64,000 nucleotides of DNA from an uncultured Acidobacteriota bacterium (GCA_963750995.1 CAVVST010000005.1:508457-572456), one strand, 5' to 3'. Shown: positions 9,903 through 20,641, counted from the stretch's first letter. The notes: a model not told the origin generated them from the letters alone. Numbers and translations: made by a program.

Positions 9903-11287
9903 ATGATGAGACCCTTGCTCTTTTTCGCCGTGACCCTCAGTGCCCTTGCGCTCGTCACGGGCACGGCGACTGCCCAACAGACCGCGCCGCCTGAGACGAC
10001 GGCGGCGACCCCGCCGGCCGCCGAACCGGCGGATCCGCCCCCCGCTGACGCCGGACTTCTCGACGGACGGCCGATCACGATGCAACACTTCCGCCCGCTC
10101 GACAAGCGCGGCTCAACATATTTGAGTCCCCGAAGGCCCCGGGCGTCGAGTACACCGGCTTCAAGCTGGATTGGGGCGCGGCGTTCACGTCGCAGGTCCA
10201 GTCGCTCAGCCATTCGAACACCGCGACGCCGAACATGGTCAGCGGTGTGAACGCGAACCAGCTCGCCGACATCGGGTTCGGCTTCAATAACTCGACGGCG
10301 AACCTGTATCTGAACGCTCAGATCGCCAAGGGCATCCGCGTGGCGCTGACTACCTATCTGTCGGCGCGCCACCACCCCGAGAGCTGGGTGAAGGACGGCT
10401 ACCTGCTGATCGACGCGTCGCCGATCGATTTCATCCCGCTCACGCGCTGATGCAGTACGTGACGCTGCGCGTCGGGCCACTTCGAGATCAACTACGGCGA
10501 CGCGCACTTCCGCCGCAGCGACAACGGCCATGCGATCTACAACCCGTTCGTCGGCAACTACATGATGGACGCCTTCACCACCGAGATCGGGGCCGAGATG
10601 TACCTCCGGAACAGGGGCGTCATCATGATGGCCGCGGTCACCGGTGGCGAGGTTCGTGGAACGGTGCTGTCACCGGGACAACGTGGGCCGTCGCTCATCG
10701 GCAAGATCGGCGCCGATCGGCAGCTGAAGCCGAACCTTCGCGTGCGCCTTACCGGTTCGATGTATCGCAACGAGAAATCGCTCAGCAACACGCTGTATGG
10801 CGGCGACCGCGCCGGATCCCGCTACTACTACGTGCTGGAAAACACCGCGGCGGCGGAAGCGACCCAGTTCACGTCGGGGAACATCAATCCCGGCTTCAGG
10901 AACTCAGTGACCGCCCTGCAGCTGAACCCCTTCATCAGGTTCGGTGGACTGGAAGTGTTCGGCGTCATTGAGCGGAGCCACGGCAAAGCGACCGCGGAGA
11001 CCGCGGATCGCGCCTTCAATCAGCAGGCGGTCGACGTGGTCGTACCGGGTCCTCGGCGACTCCCTCTCACGCCGGCGCGCGCTACAACCGTGTGAGCGGC
11101 CGGCTCGCCGGCATGACCAATGACGTCGAGGGCCGCCGCTGGCAGTTTGGCGGCGGATGGTTCATCACCCCGGGTCTCCTCGCCAAGGCGGAGTACGTGA
11201 CCCAGTCATTCGAAGGCTACCCGGTCACGACCATCCGCCACGGCGGAAGTTCAACGGCATGATGCTCGAAGGCGTGGTCGCGTTCTG
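9903..11287 (+). pseudogene. outer-membrane beta-barrel/porin-like protein, at least 4 frameshifts
   Basis: Signal peptide MMRPLLFFAVTLSALALVTGTATAQ. The body is spread over ORFs 9903.., 10235..10450 and 10562..11095. The final piece ..AKAEYVTQSFEGYPVTTIRHGG / KFNGMMLEGVVAF ends in Phe, stop at 11285-11287. Confidence 0.6.
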
Positions 11288-11304
11288 ACGGAGCCAGCGT
11301 CACT

Positions 11305-11904
11305 ATGTCTCGCTCGTTCCTGATCGCGGCCACAGCCAGCCTGTGCGTGTCGGTGCTCGCCGCGCATCTGACGGCGAACGGAGACACGGATGCGCCCGCC
11401 GACGTCACCGTTGTGGTGGACCGAGGAACGTACTCAGTCCAGGCACGGTTTGACGTTGGTGAGGCACCTGCTGTGGCGCTGGCCGTCCTGTCCGACTACG
11501 AGCAGATTCCCCACTTCATGCCCGACGTGCGCACCAGCGTCATCCTCGAACGAGCATCGGACCATCTGGTCATCGAGCAGGAGGCGGTGTCCCAGTACAT
11601 GATGTTCTCGAAGAAGGTGCACCTGGTCCTCGAGGTCACCGAGGACGGGGACACCATCCGCTTCGTCGATCGCGCCCACGACAGTTTCACCCTCTACGAG
11701 GGCTCGTGGCGGGTGACACCGCGAACTGCGGGCACAACCGGCGCCACAGTCGCGTACGCGGTGACCGCGCGTCCCGCGTTCGACGTCCCTGGGTTCATCC
11801 TCAAACGCCTGTTGACGCGCGACTCCCGGCAGATGATCAAGGGCCTGCGGCGAGAGATTGCCGCTCAGGCGGCGCGCACGGTGCCGGAGGCTGTTCAAAG
11901 ATAG
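11305..11904 (+). CDS. SRPBCC (cyclase/dehydrase, START-like) protein with signal peptide
   Basis: MSRSFLIAATASLCVSVLAAH.., ..LSDYEQIPHFMPDV..FTLYEGSWRVTP.. Intact 199 aa. Confidence 0.8.
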   Translation: MSRSFLIAATASLCVSVLAAHLTANGDTDAPADVTVVVDRGTYSVQARFDVGEAPAVALAVLSDYEQIPHFMPDVRTSVILERASDHLVIEQEAVSQYMMFSKKVHLVLEVTEDGDTIRFVDRAHDSFTLYEGSWRVTPRTAGTTGATVAYAVTARPAFDVPGFILKRLLTRDSRQMIKGLRREIAAQAARTVPEAVQR

Positions 11905-11962
11905 ACAGACGCCTCGCTTCTCCGTTGCTACGCTCCCCGTAGAGACGGAGCCACCGTGACAC

Positions 11963-14245
11963 GTGCTTAGAGAGAATCGTGTGAGAAATCTCTGGATCGC
12001 GTTTACCGCCGTCATCGTTCTGTCCTTTGCGGTGCTCGGTTGGACCGGCGTTCGCATCTATCAAGAGGCCCCGCCGGTGCCTGCCCGCGTGGTCACCACC
12101 GACGGTCAGGACGTGATCGGCCCCGACGACATCTTCGCGGGCCAGAACGTCTGGCAGTCGATGGGCGGCATGGAGGTCGGGTCGGTCTGGGGCCACGGCA
12201 GCTACGTCGCGCCGGACTGGACCGCCGACTGGCTGCACCGCGAAGCCGATGTTCATCCTCGACGCGCTGGAGCGGCTCGCCACAGGCGGTTCGCGGCTCT
12301 CGCCGCCGAGCGCAGGCCGCGCTCCAGAGCGGCTCGCGCAACTGGTGCGCGCCAACACCTACGACGCTGCCGGGCACCGTCACCGTCGACCCGGTGCGAG
12401 CGCGCGGCCTTCGAGGCGAACCTGGCGCACTACGCCGACGTGTTCGCCGAGGGCGCGACGAGTACGCGATTCCGCCCGGCGCGCTCACCGATGCCGGCGA
12501 ACGCTGCGGAAGCTCGCCGCGTTCTTCTTCTGGACGTCGTGGGCCGCCGTCGACCAACCGTCCGGGCGACACGATCACCTACACGAGCAACTGGCCGCAC
12601 GAGCCGCTCGTCGGCAACCGTCCGACCGCCGACGCGATCGTCTGGACCGGCGTCAGCATCATCGTGCTGCTCGCGGGAATTGGCGCGATGGCGTCGTGCT
12701 ACGCGCGACGCGAACGCGGACTCCCGGCCGAAGCGCCCCAGGACGATCCGCTGCTCGGCATCCGTGGCGACGCCGTCGCAGCGCGCCATCGTGAAGTACT
12801 TCTGGGTCGTGGCGGCGCTGATCGTCGTCCAGATTCTCCTCGGCGTCGTCGTCGCGCACTACGGCGTCGAGGGAAGCGCGTTCTACGGGATTCCGCTCGC
12901 CGAATTCCTGCCCTACTCGGTCGCGCGCACGTGGCACGTCCAGCTCGGCATCTTCTGGATCGCCACCGCCTGGCTCGCCGCCGGCCTGTTCATCGGTCCG
13001 GCGGTGAGCGGCGTCGAGCCCAGATGGCAGCGGCTGGGCGTGAACGTGCTGTTCGGCGCGCTGCTGCTCGTCGTGGTCGGGTCGATGGCCGGTGAGTGGC
13101 TGAGCGTGAAGCAGATGCTCGGCACCGGGGACGGCGTGGTTCTATCTCGGCCACAGCGGCTACGAGTACATCGACCTCGGCCGGCTGTGGCAGATCGCGC
13201 TGCTCGTCGGGCTGTTCCTCTGGCTGGTCCTCGTGGCGCGCGCCATGCGGCCGGCGCTCCGCCAGCCTGGGCGAGCAGCGGCCACTGCTCGTCATGTTCC
13301 TGATCTCGGCGGCGGCGATCGCCGGCTTCTACTTCGCCGCGCTCGGCTACGGGCGGCGCACGAACCTCGCCGTCGCCGAGTACTGGCGCTGGTGGGTCGT
13401 GCACCTGTGGGTGGAGGGCTTCTTCGAGGTCTTCGCGACGGTCGTCATCGCGTTCCTGTTCGCGCGGCTGGGGCTCGTGACGATGCGCATGGCGGCACGG
13501 GCAAGCGTGCTGTCCGCCACGATCTTCCTCTCCGGCGGCATCATCGGCACGCTGCACCACCTGTACTTCAGCGGACACGCCGACCGTTGTGCTCGCGCTC
13601 GGCTCGGTCTTCAGCGCGCTCGAAGTCGTGCCGCTGTTATTCGTCGGGCTTCGAAGCGTGGGAGAACCTTCGGATGTCGCGAAGCCGGCCGTGGGTGCAG
13701 AGGTACCGCTGGCCGATCTACTTCTTCGTGTCGGTGGCGTTCTGGAACCTGGTCGGCGCGGGCCTGTTCGGCTTCATGATCAACCCGCCGATCGCGCTGT
13801 ATTACATGCAGGGCCTCAACACGACGCCAGTCCACGGCGCACGCCGCGCTGTTCGGCGTGTACGGGATGCTCGGCATCGGGCTGATCCTCTTTTCGCTGC
13901 GGGCGCTGCGACCCGATGACGCAGTGGAACGAGGGGCTGGTCGCGTTCGGGTTCTGGGCGATCAACATCGGACTGCTCGCGATGGTGACGCTCAGCCTGC
14001 TGCCGGTCGGCCTGATGCAGACCTGGGCGTCGGTCGAACACGGCTACTGGTACGCGCGCAGCCCCGAGTTCCTGCAGACGGGCACGATCGAGACATTCCG
14101 GTGGCTGCGCGTGGTCGGAGACACGATATTCGCCGCCGGTGCGCTGGCACTGGCGATTTTCATCATTGGCTTACGCCGGCGGGGCGCAGCCGGTCGCCTG
14201 CTGTTCGGTGCCGGCGAACCGGCGCCAACGCTTACTCCGCTATGA
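11963..14245 (+). pseudogene. norB: quinol-type nitric-oxide reductase large subunit (qNor/NorZ), at least 6 frameshifts
   Basis: Recognisable NorB segments sit in alternating frames. These include LWIAFTAVIVLSFAVLGWTG..GSVWGHGSYVAPDWTADWLHREA, FFFWTSWAA, TYTSNWPHEPLVGNRPTADAIVWTGVSIIVLLAG and KYFWVVAALIVVQILLGVVVAHYGVEG..WHVQLGIFWIATAWLAAGLFIGP. Also HLWVEGFFEVFATVVIAFLF, TIFLSGGIIGTLHHLYFSG and INPPIALYYMQGLNTTPVHG. Confidence 0.85.
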
Positions 14246-14580
14246 GCCAGACGCTGCCACCGGCGGAGATGTTCCCGCTGAACACACTGGTCACGCCGAC
14301 GCCAAACGGGATTGCCAGCCGGAGTCTCGTCAAGACGTCGGGGGGCAATCTGACGCTCTTTGCGTTTGACAGCGGGCAAGGGCTCACTGAGCACACCTCA
14401 CCGTTCGAAGCGCTCGTCATTGTGCTCGAGGGAACCTGCGCGCTCACGATCGGTGGAACACTCGTTCGCGCGACGCCGGGGACAATCGTGCGAATGCCCG
14501 CCGAAGTCCCCCATGCCCTGGAAGCGCTTGAAGCCACGCGTTTGCTGCTGGTGATGTTGCGGGAAGAAAAGCGCGGCTGA
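14242..14580 (+). CDS. cupin domain protein
   Basis: ATG at 14242 overlaps the norB stop. MSQTLPPAEMFPLNTLV..GQGLTEHTSPFEALVIVLEGTCALTIGG..IVRMPAEVPHAL. Confidence 0.8.
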   Translation: MSQTLPPAEMFPLNTLVTPTPNGIASRSLVKTSGGNLTLFAFDSGQGLTEHTSPFEALVIVLEGTCALTIGGTLVRATPGTIVRMPAEVPHALEALEATRLLLVMLREEKRG

Positions 14581-15201
14581 AGGAATGCGACGGCCTCTCT
14601 TATGCGACGCAACACCGAATGGACGAGATGTTCGCTATATGGGTGGCGGGGGTATACGGTGGGTGTGTTCCCCGCGCCGCCTCCTCACCTACTAGGCTAC
14701 CACCGGTTAGTTAGTAAAACCTGAAATGTTCATGACCTGCACTCTGCCCGCGACGAGAGCGGCGCGCAGGACCGGCCACACCTGAAGAGACGCGGCGCGC
14801 GTCAGGAACACTTGCCGTTGCTGACCAGATTTATTCTCCGCAAGAAGCCGTGGAAGACAGGGCCAGACAAGGAGGCCAATGCCTTCGTCCATTGCTCGCT
14901 CTTACCGTCCTCTTGGCTGCCACGAGCTGCGCGGGTCCAACGTCGCCATCGCCAGGGCTCCACTGTTGTTGGACAAGACTCTCCGTTCATTCCGCTCCGT
15001 CACGTTCCGGATTGAACTCCCTTAGCTGACTTCCGATGGAATCGGAGTGCTTCTACCCCTCAATGAGCGGCAGCTTCATCCAGGGGCCTCGGCTGTTCCA
15101 GTTCCTCGGGAATAAAGCGCCGCTCGTTCAGTCCCCGCACCATCGACTGGAATTCCCTGTCCAGTTCTTGACACGTGCAACTCACACAAGGGCCTTGAGC
15201 G

Positions 15202-15366
15202 TCAGAGCCGACCCGACAGCATCAAGATGACCAGCACCAACAACACGAGACCGAGGCCGCCGCTCGGGTAATATCCCCATCCCCGGCTGTGTCGCCAGGT
15301 GGGCATCGCTCCCAGCAGCATCAGAACCAAGACGACGAGCAAAATAGTGAGCATTCGCTCCTCCAT
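15202..15366 (-). CDS. DUF3309-type small membrane protein (54 aa, below the ORF-track cutoff)
   Basis: Reverse strand reads MEERMLTILLVVLVLMLLGAMPTWRHSRGWGYYPSGGLGLVLLVLVILMLSGRL, with the family hallmark PTW..SRGWGY.PSGGLGL. Confidence 0.6.
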   Translation of the reverse strand: MEERMLTILLVVLVLMLLGAMPTWRHSRGWGYYPSGGLGLVLLVLVILMLSGRL

Positions 15367-15657
15367 AACGTAATCACTGTTGCCGACTCAACGCTCCACA
15401 GTTCCAGCGCTGAGTCGTCTGTGCGCACACACCGGTGTGCTCGCCGGTGCCCTTATTGCTTAACGACCTCCACCGGCACCGCATGCTCCACGAGATCTGG
15501 CGCTCATGCCTTCGTCGCGATCAGGACGCTACGCGCATCGACTGAATTTGGCTGTTCACAAAGTGACAGTCGGTTTCCACCCCACCGGGTACGCTATGGG
15601 CGTTTGCTTCACGTCTCGGGCAATGTTGCCTTCGAGCTGCACTCGTTCCCATTTGAC

Positions 15658-16380
15658 ATGACGTCAGAAAGATCACCTATGTTTCGCTCTTTCAGTCTTG
15701 CGCTCTGTTTCATGCTGACCGCGGTGAGTGTCGGCGCCCAGAACAAGGAAGAGGGACGCCTGGAGAACGCGGGCCTGGTCATGGAGGAGATCCTCAACCT
15801 TCCAGACTCCATTCCCCAGGATCTGTTGAATAAAGCCGAATGCGTCATCGTTGTTCCATCGATGACGAAAGTGGCAATCGGCTTCGGCGGTAGTTACGGC
15901 CGCGGTGCGATGGTATGCCGCTCCGGCTCGAGCTTCGACGGACCGTGGGGGGCACCCGCGATGTATGCACTCGAAGGCGGCAGCTTCGGTCTGCAATTGG
16001 GTGCACAGTCCACCGACCTCGTGCTCCTGGTCATGAACACTCGCGGAGTCGAGGCGCTCCTGAGCACCAAGGTTCAACTCGGCGCCAACATATCCGCAGC
16101 TGCCGGACCCAAGGGACGTGACACGGGCGCCTCCACTGATGCGTCGCTGCGGGCCGAGATGCTCAGTTATTCCCGCTCGCGCGGTCTGTTCGCGGGGGTG
16201 TCACTCGAAGGCACATCGCTGCGTCCGGACGACGACGCCAGTGCGGAAATTTACGGGCATAAGATCACGGCGCGAGAGATCGTGCAGGGAACGAGCAACA
16301 CCGATCCCGTCGCGGGCCGTCGTCTTGTCGACGTGCTCCAGAAGAAAGCCGCCCGCAACGCGTCGACCGCGGCGCGATAG
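15658..16380 (+). CDS. SYLF (Ysc84/DUF500) lipid-binding domain protein, secreted
   Basis: MTSERSPMFRSFSLALCFMLTAVSVGAQ..CVIVVPSMTKVAIGFGGSYGRGAMV..WGAPAMYALEGGSFGLQLGAQ..AAAGPKGRD..SYSRSRGLFAGVSLEG. An alternative start is ATG 15679. Confidence 0.8.
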   Translation: MTSERSPMFRSFSLALCFMLTAVSVGAQNKEEGRLENAGLVMEEILNLPDSIPQDLLNKAECVIVVPSMTKVAIGFGGSYGRGAMVCRSGSSFDGPWGAPAMYALEGGSFGLQLGAQSTDLVLLVMNTRGVEALLSTKVQLGANISAAAGPKGRDTGASTDASLRAEMLSYSRSRGLFAGVSLEGTSLRPDDDASAEIYGHKITAREIVQGTSNTDPVAGRRLVDVLQKKAARNASTAAR

Positions 16381-16440
16381 CGATAGCGGCTCCCCGGTCT
16401 CAGTTCGTTTGTTCGTTGGTCATGGAATCGTCAGCCGCAG

Positions 16441-16463
16441 CGAGGCGGGGTGGCTCCCCGCCT
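16441..16463 (+). terminator. GC-rich hairpin downstream of the SYLF gene (terminator-like, no U tract)
   Basis: GAGGCGGGG TGGCT CCCCGCCTC, a perfect 9-bp stem 60 nt after the stop codon. Confidence 0.3.
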
Positions 16464-17358
16464 CAGGACGAAGCGGCCACTTAGATAACCAGCGGGTGCC
16501 CCTCAGCGTGACGTGTAATGACGGTCGGAGGGTTGGGCTTCGGCGCTGACTCAGGGTTCGCCAGCGGCGCTGTCTTGGTCAAGGCAGTGGGGCTCTCCTC
16601 GTACCGGCGATCGTATCGGCGCTGTTGTGCAGCGCGGAACTCCGCACGCATCCAGTCGAGCCGCCAGTCGGTCGTCGATTTCGATTAGCTCGCCCTGAGT
16701 CATTGGAACACCTAGATCCTTTACATCCGTTCGGCAATCTCGATCAGCAGCCGCACGAGCAGTGCCACAGGGGCGCCAACGATGAGGATCGCGAGCGGGC
16801 ACACTAGAACGACGAGCAAGAGCAACCCGACGTCCTTGAGCATGGCAAAGAGTCGCTTAAGAGGCGGGCCTTTGAATGTCCGTGAACAGCCGAGACATAG
16901 AGGGCAGATCGGGCCAGCGGTTCGCATCGAGCGCTTTCACAAACCGGGCCCGAGTGTCCTCAGCGTCGACCAAGCGGTCGTTCAGCGTGGCCGCCATTTG
17001 GCGGAGTCGGTCGAGGGAATCGACGCGCACGGTATGTCGTTGGTCGTGGGTCGTGGACATGACACGTAGACAGTAACGCAAGATGGGCAGCGGCGATGTT
17101 CTGTCCAGCGCATCCTTGTTCGTGGCCGGGAAAGGCATCCCAAAAAACGCATTTGGGGGGATGTGCTGCTTTGAAGAGGGTCCCGCCCCCGCTCCACACC
17201 GGGGGCATGACCCCCGATTTCTGGCCCTGAGTCGAGGCAACCGAATCGGCCGAAAGAAGCCGCCCGGGTTCGATTCCCCCACCGGGATTCGCGAGAAGGT
17301 GGAAACGCGGTTTTCGGGGATTCCGCGTGATGCAAACCCCACGAGCCGGACTTCCGAC

Positions 17359-17478
17359 GATGCCGGCGATGGCGCGGTTATGGTTCGCTGGAGCGGGGGG
17401 CCGCAGGCACACATTGAGACGGGGACATCCCAGGGTCCTGATGCGTCTCCGGCGGAGTCGGCAGGCCAGCGACAGGAG
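17359..17478. repeat. repeat family C, copy 1 (~120 nt)
   Basis: About 84% identical by hand alignment to 21827..21945, same orientation. Conserved blocks are GTTATGGTTC, CTGGAGCGGGG, CCGCAGGCA, AGACGGGGACAT, CGTCTC, GAGTCGGCAGGC and AGCGACAGGAG. GAGACG/CGTCTC forms an internal stem in both copies. Confidence 0.8.
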
Positions 17479-17490
17479 ACGCCGGCGTAG

Positions 17491-17784
17491 GGCAGTCTCG
17501 ACGCGACCACGCAGCAGTTCCTTGAACTCGCGGCCGCATTTCCCGATCTGAAGATGATCGTCCAGGATCAGATCGCTGAGGGAGACAAGGTGGTGAATCG
17601 TGTGCTCGTGCGGGGGACGCACAAAGGCGAGTACATGGGCATACCGGGGAGCGGGAAGACGGTCGAGATCGGCGGCATCGACATTCTCCGAATGGTTAAC
17701 GGCAAGGCCGCCGAGCGGTGGGGCTACTTTGATGACGTAAGACTCATGCAGCAGCTTGGTGCTATGCCTGGTTCAACGAAATAG
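17491..17784 (+). pseudogene. SnoaL-like ester cyclase, C-terminal fragment
   Basis: Open only from 17491, directly after repeat C1. Reads ..TTQQFLELAAAFPDLKMIVQDQIAEGDKVVNRVLVRGTHKGEYMGIPGSGKTVEIGGIDILRMVNGKAAERWGYFDDVRLMQQLG. The N-terminal half is missing. Confidence 0.55.
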
Positions 17785-18120
17785 GCGCTGCAGCGGTATG
17801 CCGGGAGAACCACCAAGTGAGCGCAACGAGCGAAGTGGCTGAAAGGCAGGGATTCTAGCCGTTGGCCGCTGGCTGGCGCACACGCCCCTTCGGAATGGGC
17901 CGCGGCAAATAGCGATTGGTCCTGAGTCGCCATGTGATGAGGAATCAGCACGCGACGATTGGTCGTCAGATCGGCGTTACAGGTTCAGCACGGCCGTCTT
18001 GCACCTCTCGGCCGGCCTCCCGCAGACTGGCCTGCCGATCGATCAGTGGCGCGATCTCAAGACGGTCGACCCGAGAGGTGTTATTCGATGAACGCCGTAT
18101 GATGGCTTCGGGGGATCTGG

Positions 18121-19197
18121 GTGCGCAGCCCGCTGGCCAGGGAACGTGAGCGCGTCGCGACGTTGTTCTTCTATGGCGTCGTAATCCTGCTTGGATACTT
18201 TCTCGTACGAATTGTCGCCCCGTTCTTCGCGCCGCTTGGCTGGGCAGCAGTCCTGGCGATCTTCGTGTATCCCTGGCACGAAAGGCTTGTGCCACGTTAC
18301 GGGTACGCGCGCGCTGCCGCCCTGAGTACCGCGGTCGTCACGTTGCTGATCGTTGGCCCTGGTCTCGTCGTTCTGGCCGCTTTCGTCGGTGAGAGTCGTG
18401 CCGCGCTTGCTGAATTGGACCGCGAAGCGTTGGCCGGTCAACTAGCCGTCGCTCAGGCCGCATGGGACCGGATTCGTGTACCGATTCCCGGTGCGAGCTC
18501 CGTAGACCTGGGGTCATTGATCGATGACGCCATATCAAGGACGGGAGGCTTCCTCGCCGCCCGCGTCGGCAGCTTGCTGGCGAACATTGTCGTCCTGCTG
18601 TTCCAGCTCTTCGTGACGTTGTTCGCGCTGTTCTTTTTTCTCCGCGATGCCGACACGATCATGCGCGAACTTCGGCGTGCACTGCCATTTGAAGAGTTGC
18701 GTCGTGAACGCATGATCCGCCAGACACGCGATCTGGTCTCCGCAAACATTGCGGCCGGTCTGTTGATCGCCTCGCTTCAAGGGCTTGCCGGAGGCGTCGT
18801 GTTCGCACTCCTTGGGCTCGGAGCTCCCGTGTTCTGGGGCGTCATGATGGGCTTTCTGGCATTGTTGCCATTCGTGGGCACGTGGATAGTGTGGGTGCCA
18901 GCAGCGGTGTGGCTGTTGGCGACCGGGCAGATCGTCAAGGGCGTGATCCTGGCCGTTCTCGGCGCGACGCTGGTGGGGAGCATCGACAATTTCCTTCGTC
19001 CCGCAATTCTCAGTGGTCGGGCGCAGATGAACGGGTTGTTGATGTTTATCAGCCTGCTCGGCGGCGTGAGTGTGTTCGGTCTTCTGGGCATCGTGCTCGG
19101 GCCACTCATCACTGCGATCGTGATCGGCCTGTTTGAGGCATATTCCTCACCTGTAGAACTCGCTGGTGTGGGCTCAGCAAGCGAAGACCCGGGATAG
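18121..19197 (+). CDS. AI-2E family (PerM/UPF0118) permease
   Basis: 358-aa intact ORF with multiple TM segments. ..FFYGVVILLGYFLVRIVAPFFAPLGWAAVLAIFVYPW.., ..GSIDNFLRPAILSGRAQMNGLLMFISLLGG. Confidence 0.85.
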   Translation: MRSPLARERERVATLFFYGVVILLGYFLVRIVAPFFAPLGWAAVLAIFVYPWHERLVPRYGYARAAALSTAVVTLLIVGPGLVVLAAFVGESRAALAELDREALAGQLAVAQAAWDRIRVPIPGASSVDLGSLIDDAISRTGGFLAARVGSLLANIVVLLFQLFVTLFALFFFLRDADTIMRELRRALPFEELRRERMIRQTRDLVSANIAAGLLIASLQGLAGGVVFALLGLGAPVFWGVMMGFLALLPFVGTWIVWVPAAVWLLATGQIVKGVILAVLGATLVGSIDNFLRPAILSGRAQMNGLLMFISLLGGVSVFGLLGIVLGPLITAIVIGLFEAYSSPVELAGVGSASEDPG

Positions 19198-19296
19198 AGG
19201 GCGCGTTCTGTCCTAAATCTTCACGCCTGTGCCTCCAGAAACACCGTACGCGTTGCGTCGATTAAGGTTACGGTCGTTCTCCGATAGCCTCCAGTC

Positions 19297-19697
19297 GTGG
19301 CGTCCGTCATCGTCTCGTTGCTCTACTCGCTCCGATTCCTGGTCCGGTCACGAGCGTCGCTGCACCTGGAGATCCTCGCACTCCGCCACCAGCTCGCGGT
19401 CGTCAATCAATCCCGTCGATCTCTCCGTTTGACGTCGGTCGACGGGATGTTCTGGGCGTGGCTCTCGCAAGCAGGGCCCGGTTGGGCGCGGCCGTCCACA
19501 TCGGCAAGTCGGAGACCATCATCGCGTGGTATCGGCGCGGCTTTCGCCGGTTCTGGACCTGGAAGAGCCGACACCGCACCGGCCGCCCGGCCGTACCACG
19601 GGACCTCCGCATGCTGATTCGCGAGATGTCCACCGCGAATCCACTCTGGGGAGCGCCGCGGATTCATGGCGAGCTTCAGAAGTTGGGATCTCCATGA
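19297..19697 (+). pseudogene. second, different rve-type transposase family; N-terminal ~130 aa only, one frameshift
   Basis: SRASLHLEILALRHQLAVVNQSRRSLRLTSVDGMFWAWLSQ, then in the next frame VHIGKSETIIAWYRRGFRRFWTWKSRHRTGRPAVPRDLRMLIREMSTANPLWGAPRIHGELQKLG. The catalytic core is absent. Confidence 0.7.
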
Positions 19698-20013
19698 GTC
19701 AGTCTCGCGCCCAGTCATACCGTCGTCGGCCGGACGTATTGTCGCGACTCCGCTGATCGGCGGACTCCACCACCACTACGATCGCCTGGCCCGGACTACC
19801 GCTGGACCTGGTTGCAAACCAATTTTGGCCCTGGTATTACGGTGACACCGCACCTACAGCGAGGACTCGACACCGCTGGCACGCGATCGCGTTGGTAAAC
19901 GAAATGAGGAATTTATGCGACGCGGCGCGGCGAAACATCCTCCCTTGGCGGGACCTTCGCCTGGGCGAGATCTCCACTTACAACGATCCAGCGGCACGGC
20001 GAAAACGCGATAG

Positions 20014-20304
20014 CGGATTTCAGAGAAGCGAAAGTCCGGCACCCCGACCGGCCGCCTGCTGCTCGGCGTGCTGGGGTCATTCGCGCAATTCGAGCGTGAG
20101 CGTATTCGCGAACGGGTCTATGCCGGCCTGAACCGTGCCCGGCGCCAGGGGACAAAACTCGGACGCCGCCGGCAGCGAATTGCCGCCCGCGACCTTGAGC
20201 GCGTCGCGGCGCTGTCCGTCCGCGAAGCCGCAAAGGCACTAGGAGTGCCAGCCTCGCGGGTCTACAATGAGCGACCGCAGATTTGTGCTTTGGCCGACTG
20301 TTGA
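20014..20304 (+). pseudogene. serine recombinase (resolvase/invertase), C-terminal fragment with HTH
   Basis: Open after the TAG at 20011. Reads SEKRKSGTPTGRLLLGVLGSFAQFERERIRERVYAGLNRARRQGTKLGRRR..LSVREAAKALGVPASRVY. The catalytic N-terminal domain is only faintly traceable upstream, in other frames. Confidence 0.6.
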
Positions 20305-20353
20305 TTGAGCGTTCACGACCGCGCCCGAACTGCGCGGAGATAGGAGATCAACG

Positions 20354-20641
20354 ATGGCTGTGCTCATTACCGCTCTAGTGCCCGGCCAGACTCAGGAGGG
20401 CTACGACCAGGCGATGACCACATTGCGACCGCTGTTGACGCAGGCCCGAGGTTTCATTGCCCATGGTGCGGGTATGTCGCCCGAAGGCTGGCGCGTTTTT
20501 GAAGTGTGGGAGTCAACAGAACAAGCGACGGCATTCTTTGCCAAGTACATTCATCCGCACCTACCGTCGGGCGTGACGCCCAAGCGCACGTATCTGGAGT
20601 TGTCTTCGCTTGTGTTAGGGTCTGATTCGGTGCGGTCGTAG
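20354..20641 (+). CDS. small alpha/beta-barrel (ABM/Dabb-like) protein
   Basis: 95-aa ORF preceded by GGAGATAGGAGA. ..GFIAHGAGMSPEGWRVFEVWESTEQATAFF.. Confidence 0.5.
   Translation: MAVLITALVPGQTQEGYDQAMTTLRPLLTQARGFIAHGAGMSPEGWRVFEVWESTEQATAFFAKYIHPHLPSGVTPKRTYLELSSLVLGSDSVRS

Noticed and set aside
12040-13919. Separate ORFs 12040..13095, 12249..12794, 13096..13779, 13233..13919 as independent genes
   Set aside because: Each contains only short islands of NorB sequence flanked by junk. Together they tile one frameshifted norB, so they are not separate genes.
14985-15035. A possible third, degraded tRNA-Cys att copy (GTTCCGGATTGAAC resembles GTCCGGATTTGAAC)
   Set aside because: Similarity is limited to ~13 nt with an indel and nothing on either side aligns, which is compatible with chance.
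17083-17478. A permuted two-piece tmRNA or other known RNA (T-arm-like CCGGGTTCGATTCCCCC at ~17265, then GAGACGGGGACA resembling the tmRNA 5' region); also a cobalamin riboswitch upstream of the TBDR fragment
   Set aside because: The T-arm-like stem has only 3 pairs, with no CCA and no tag reading frame. I found no B12 box (GCCACTG / AGYCMGGAGACCKGCC) or GGTG..AATCC core. The downstream genes are truncated fragments, so a leader function makes no sense. It is kept only as an unexplained repeat.
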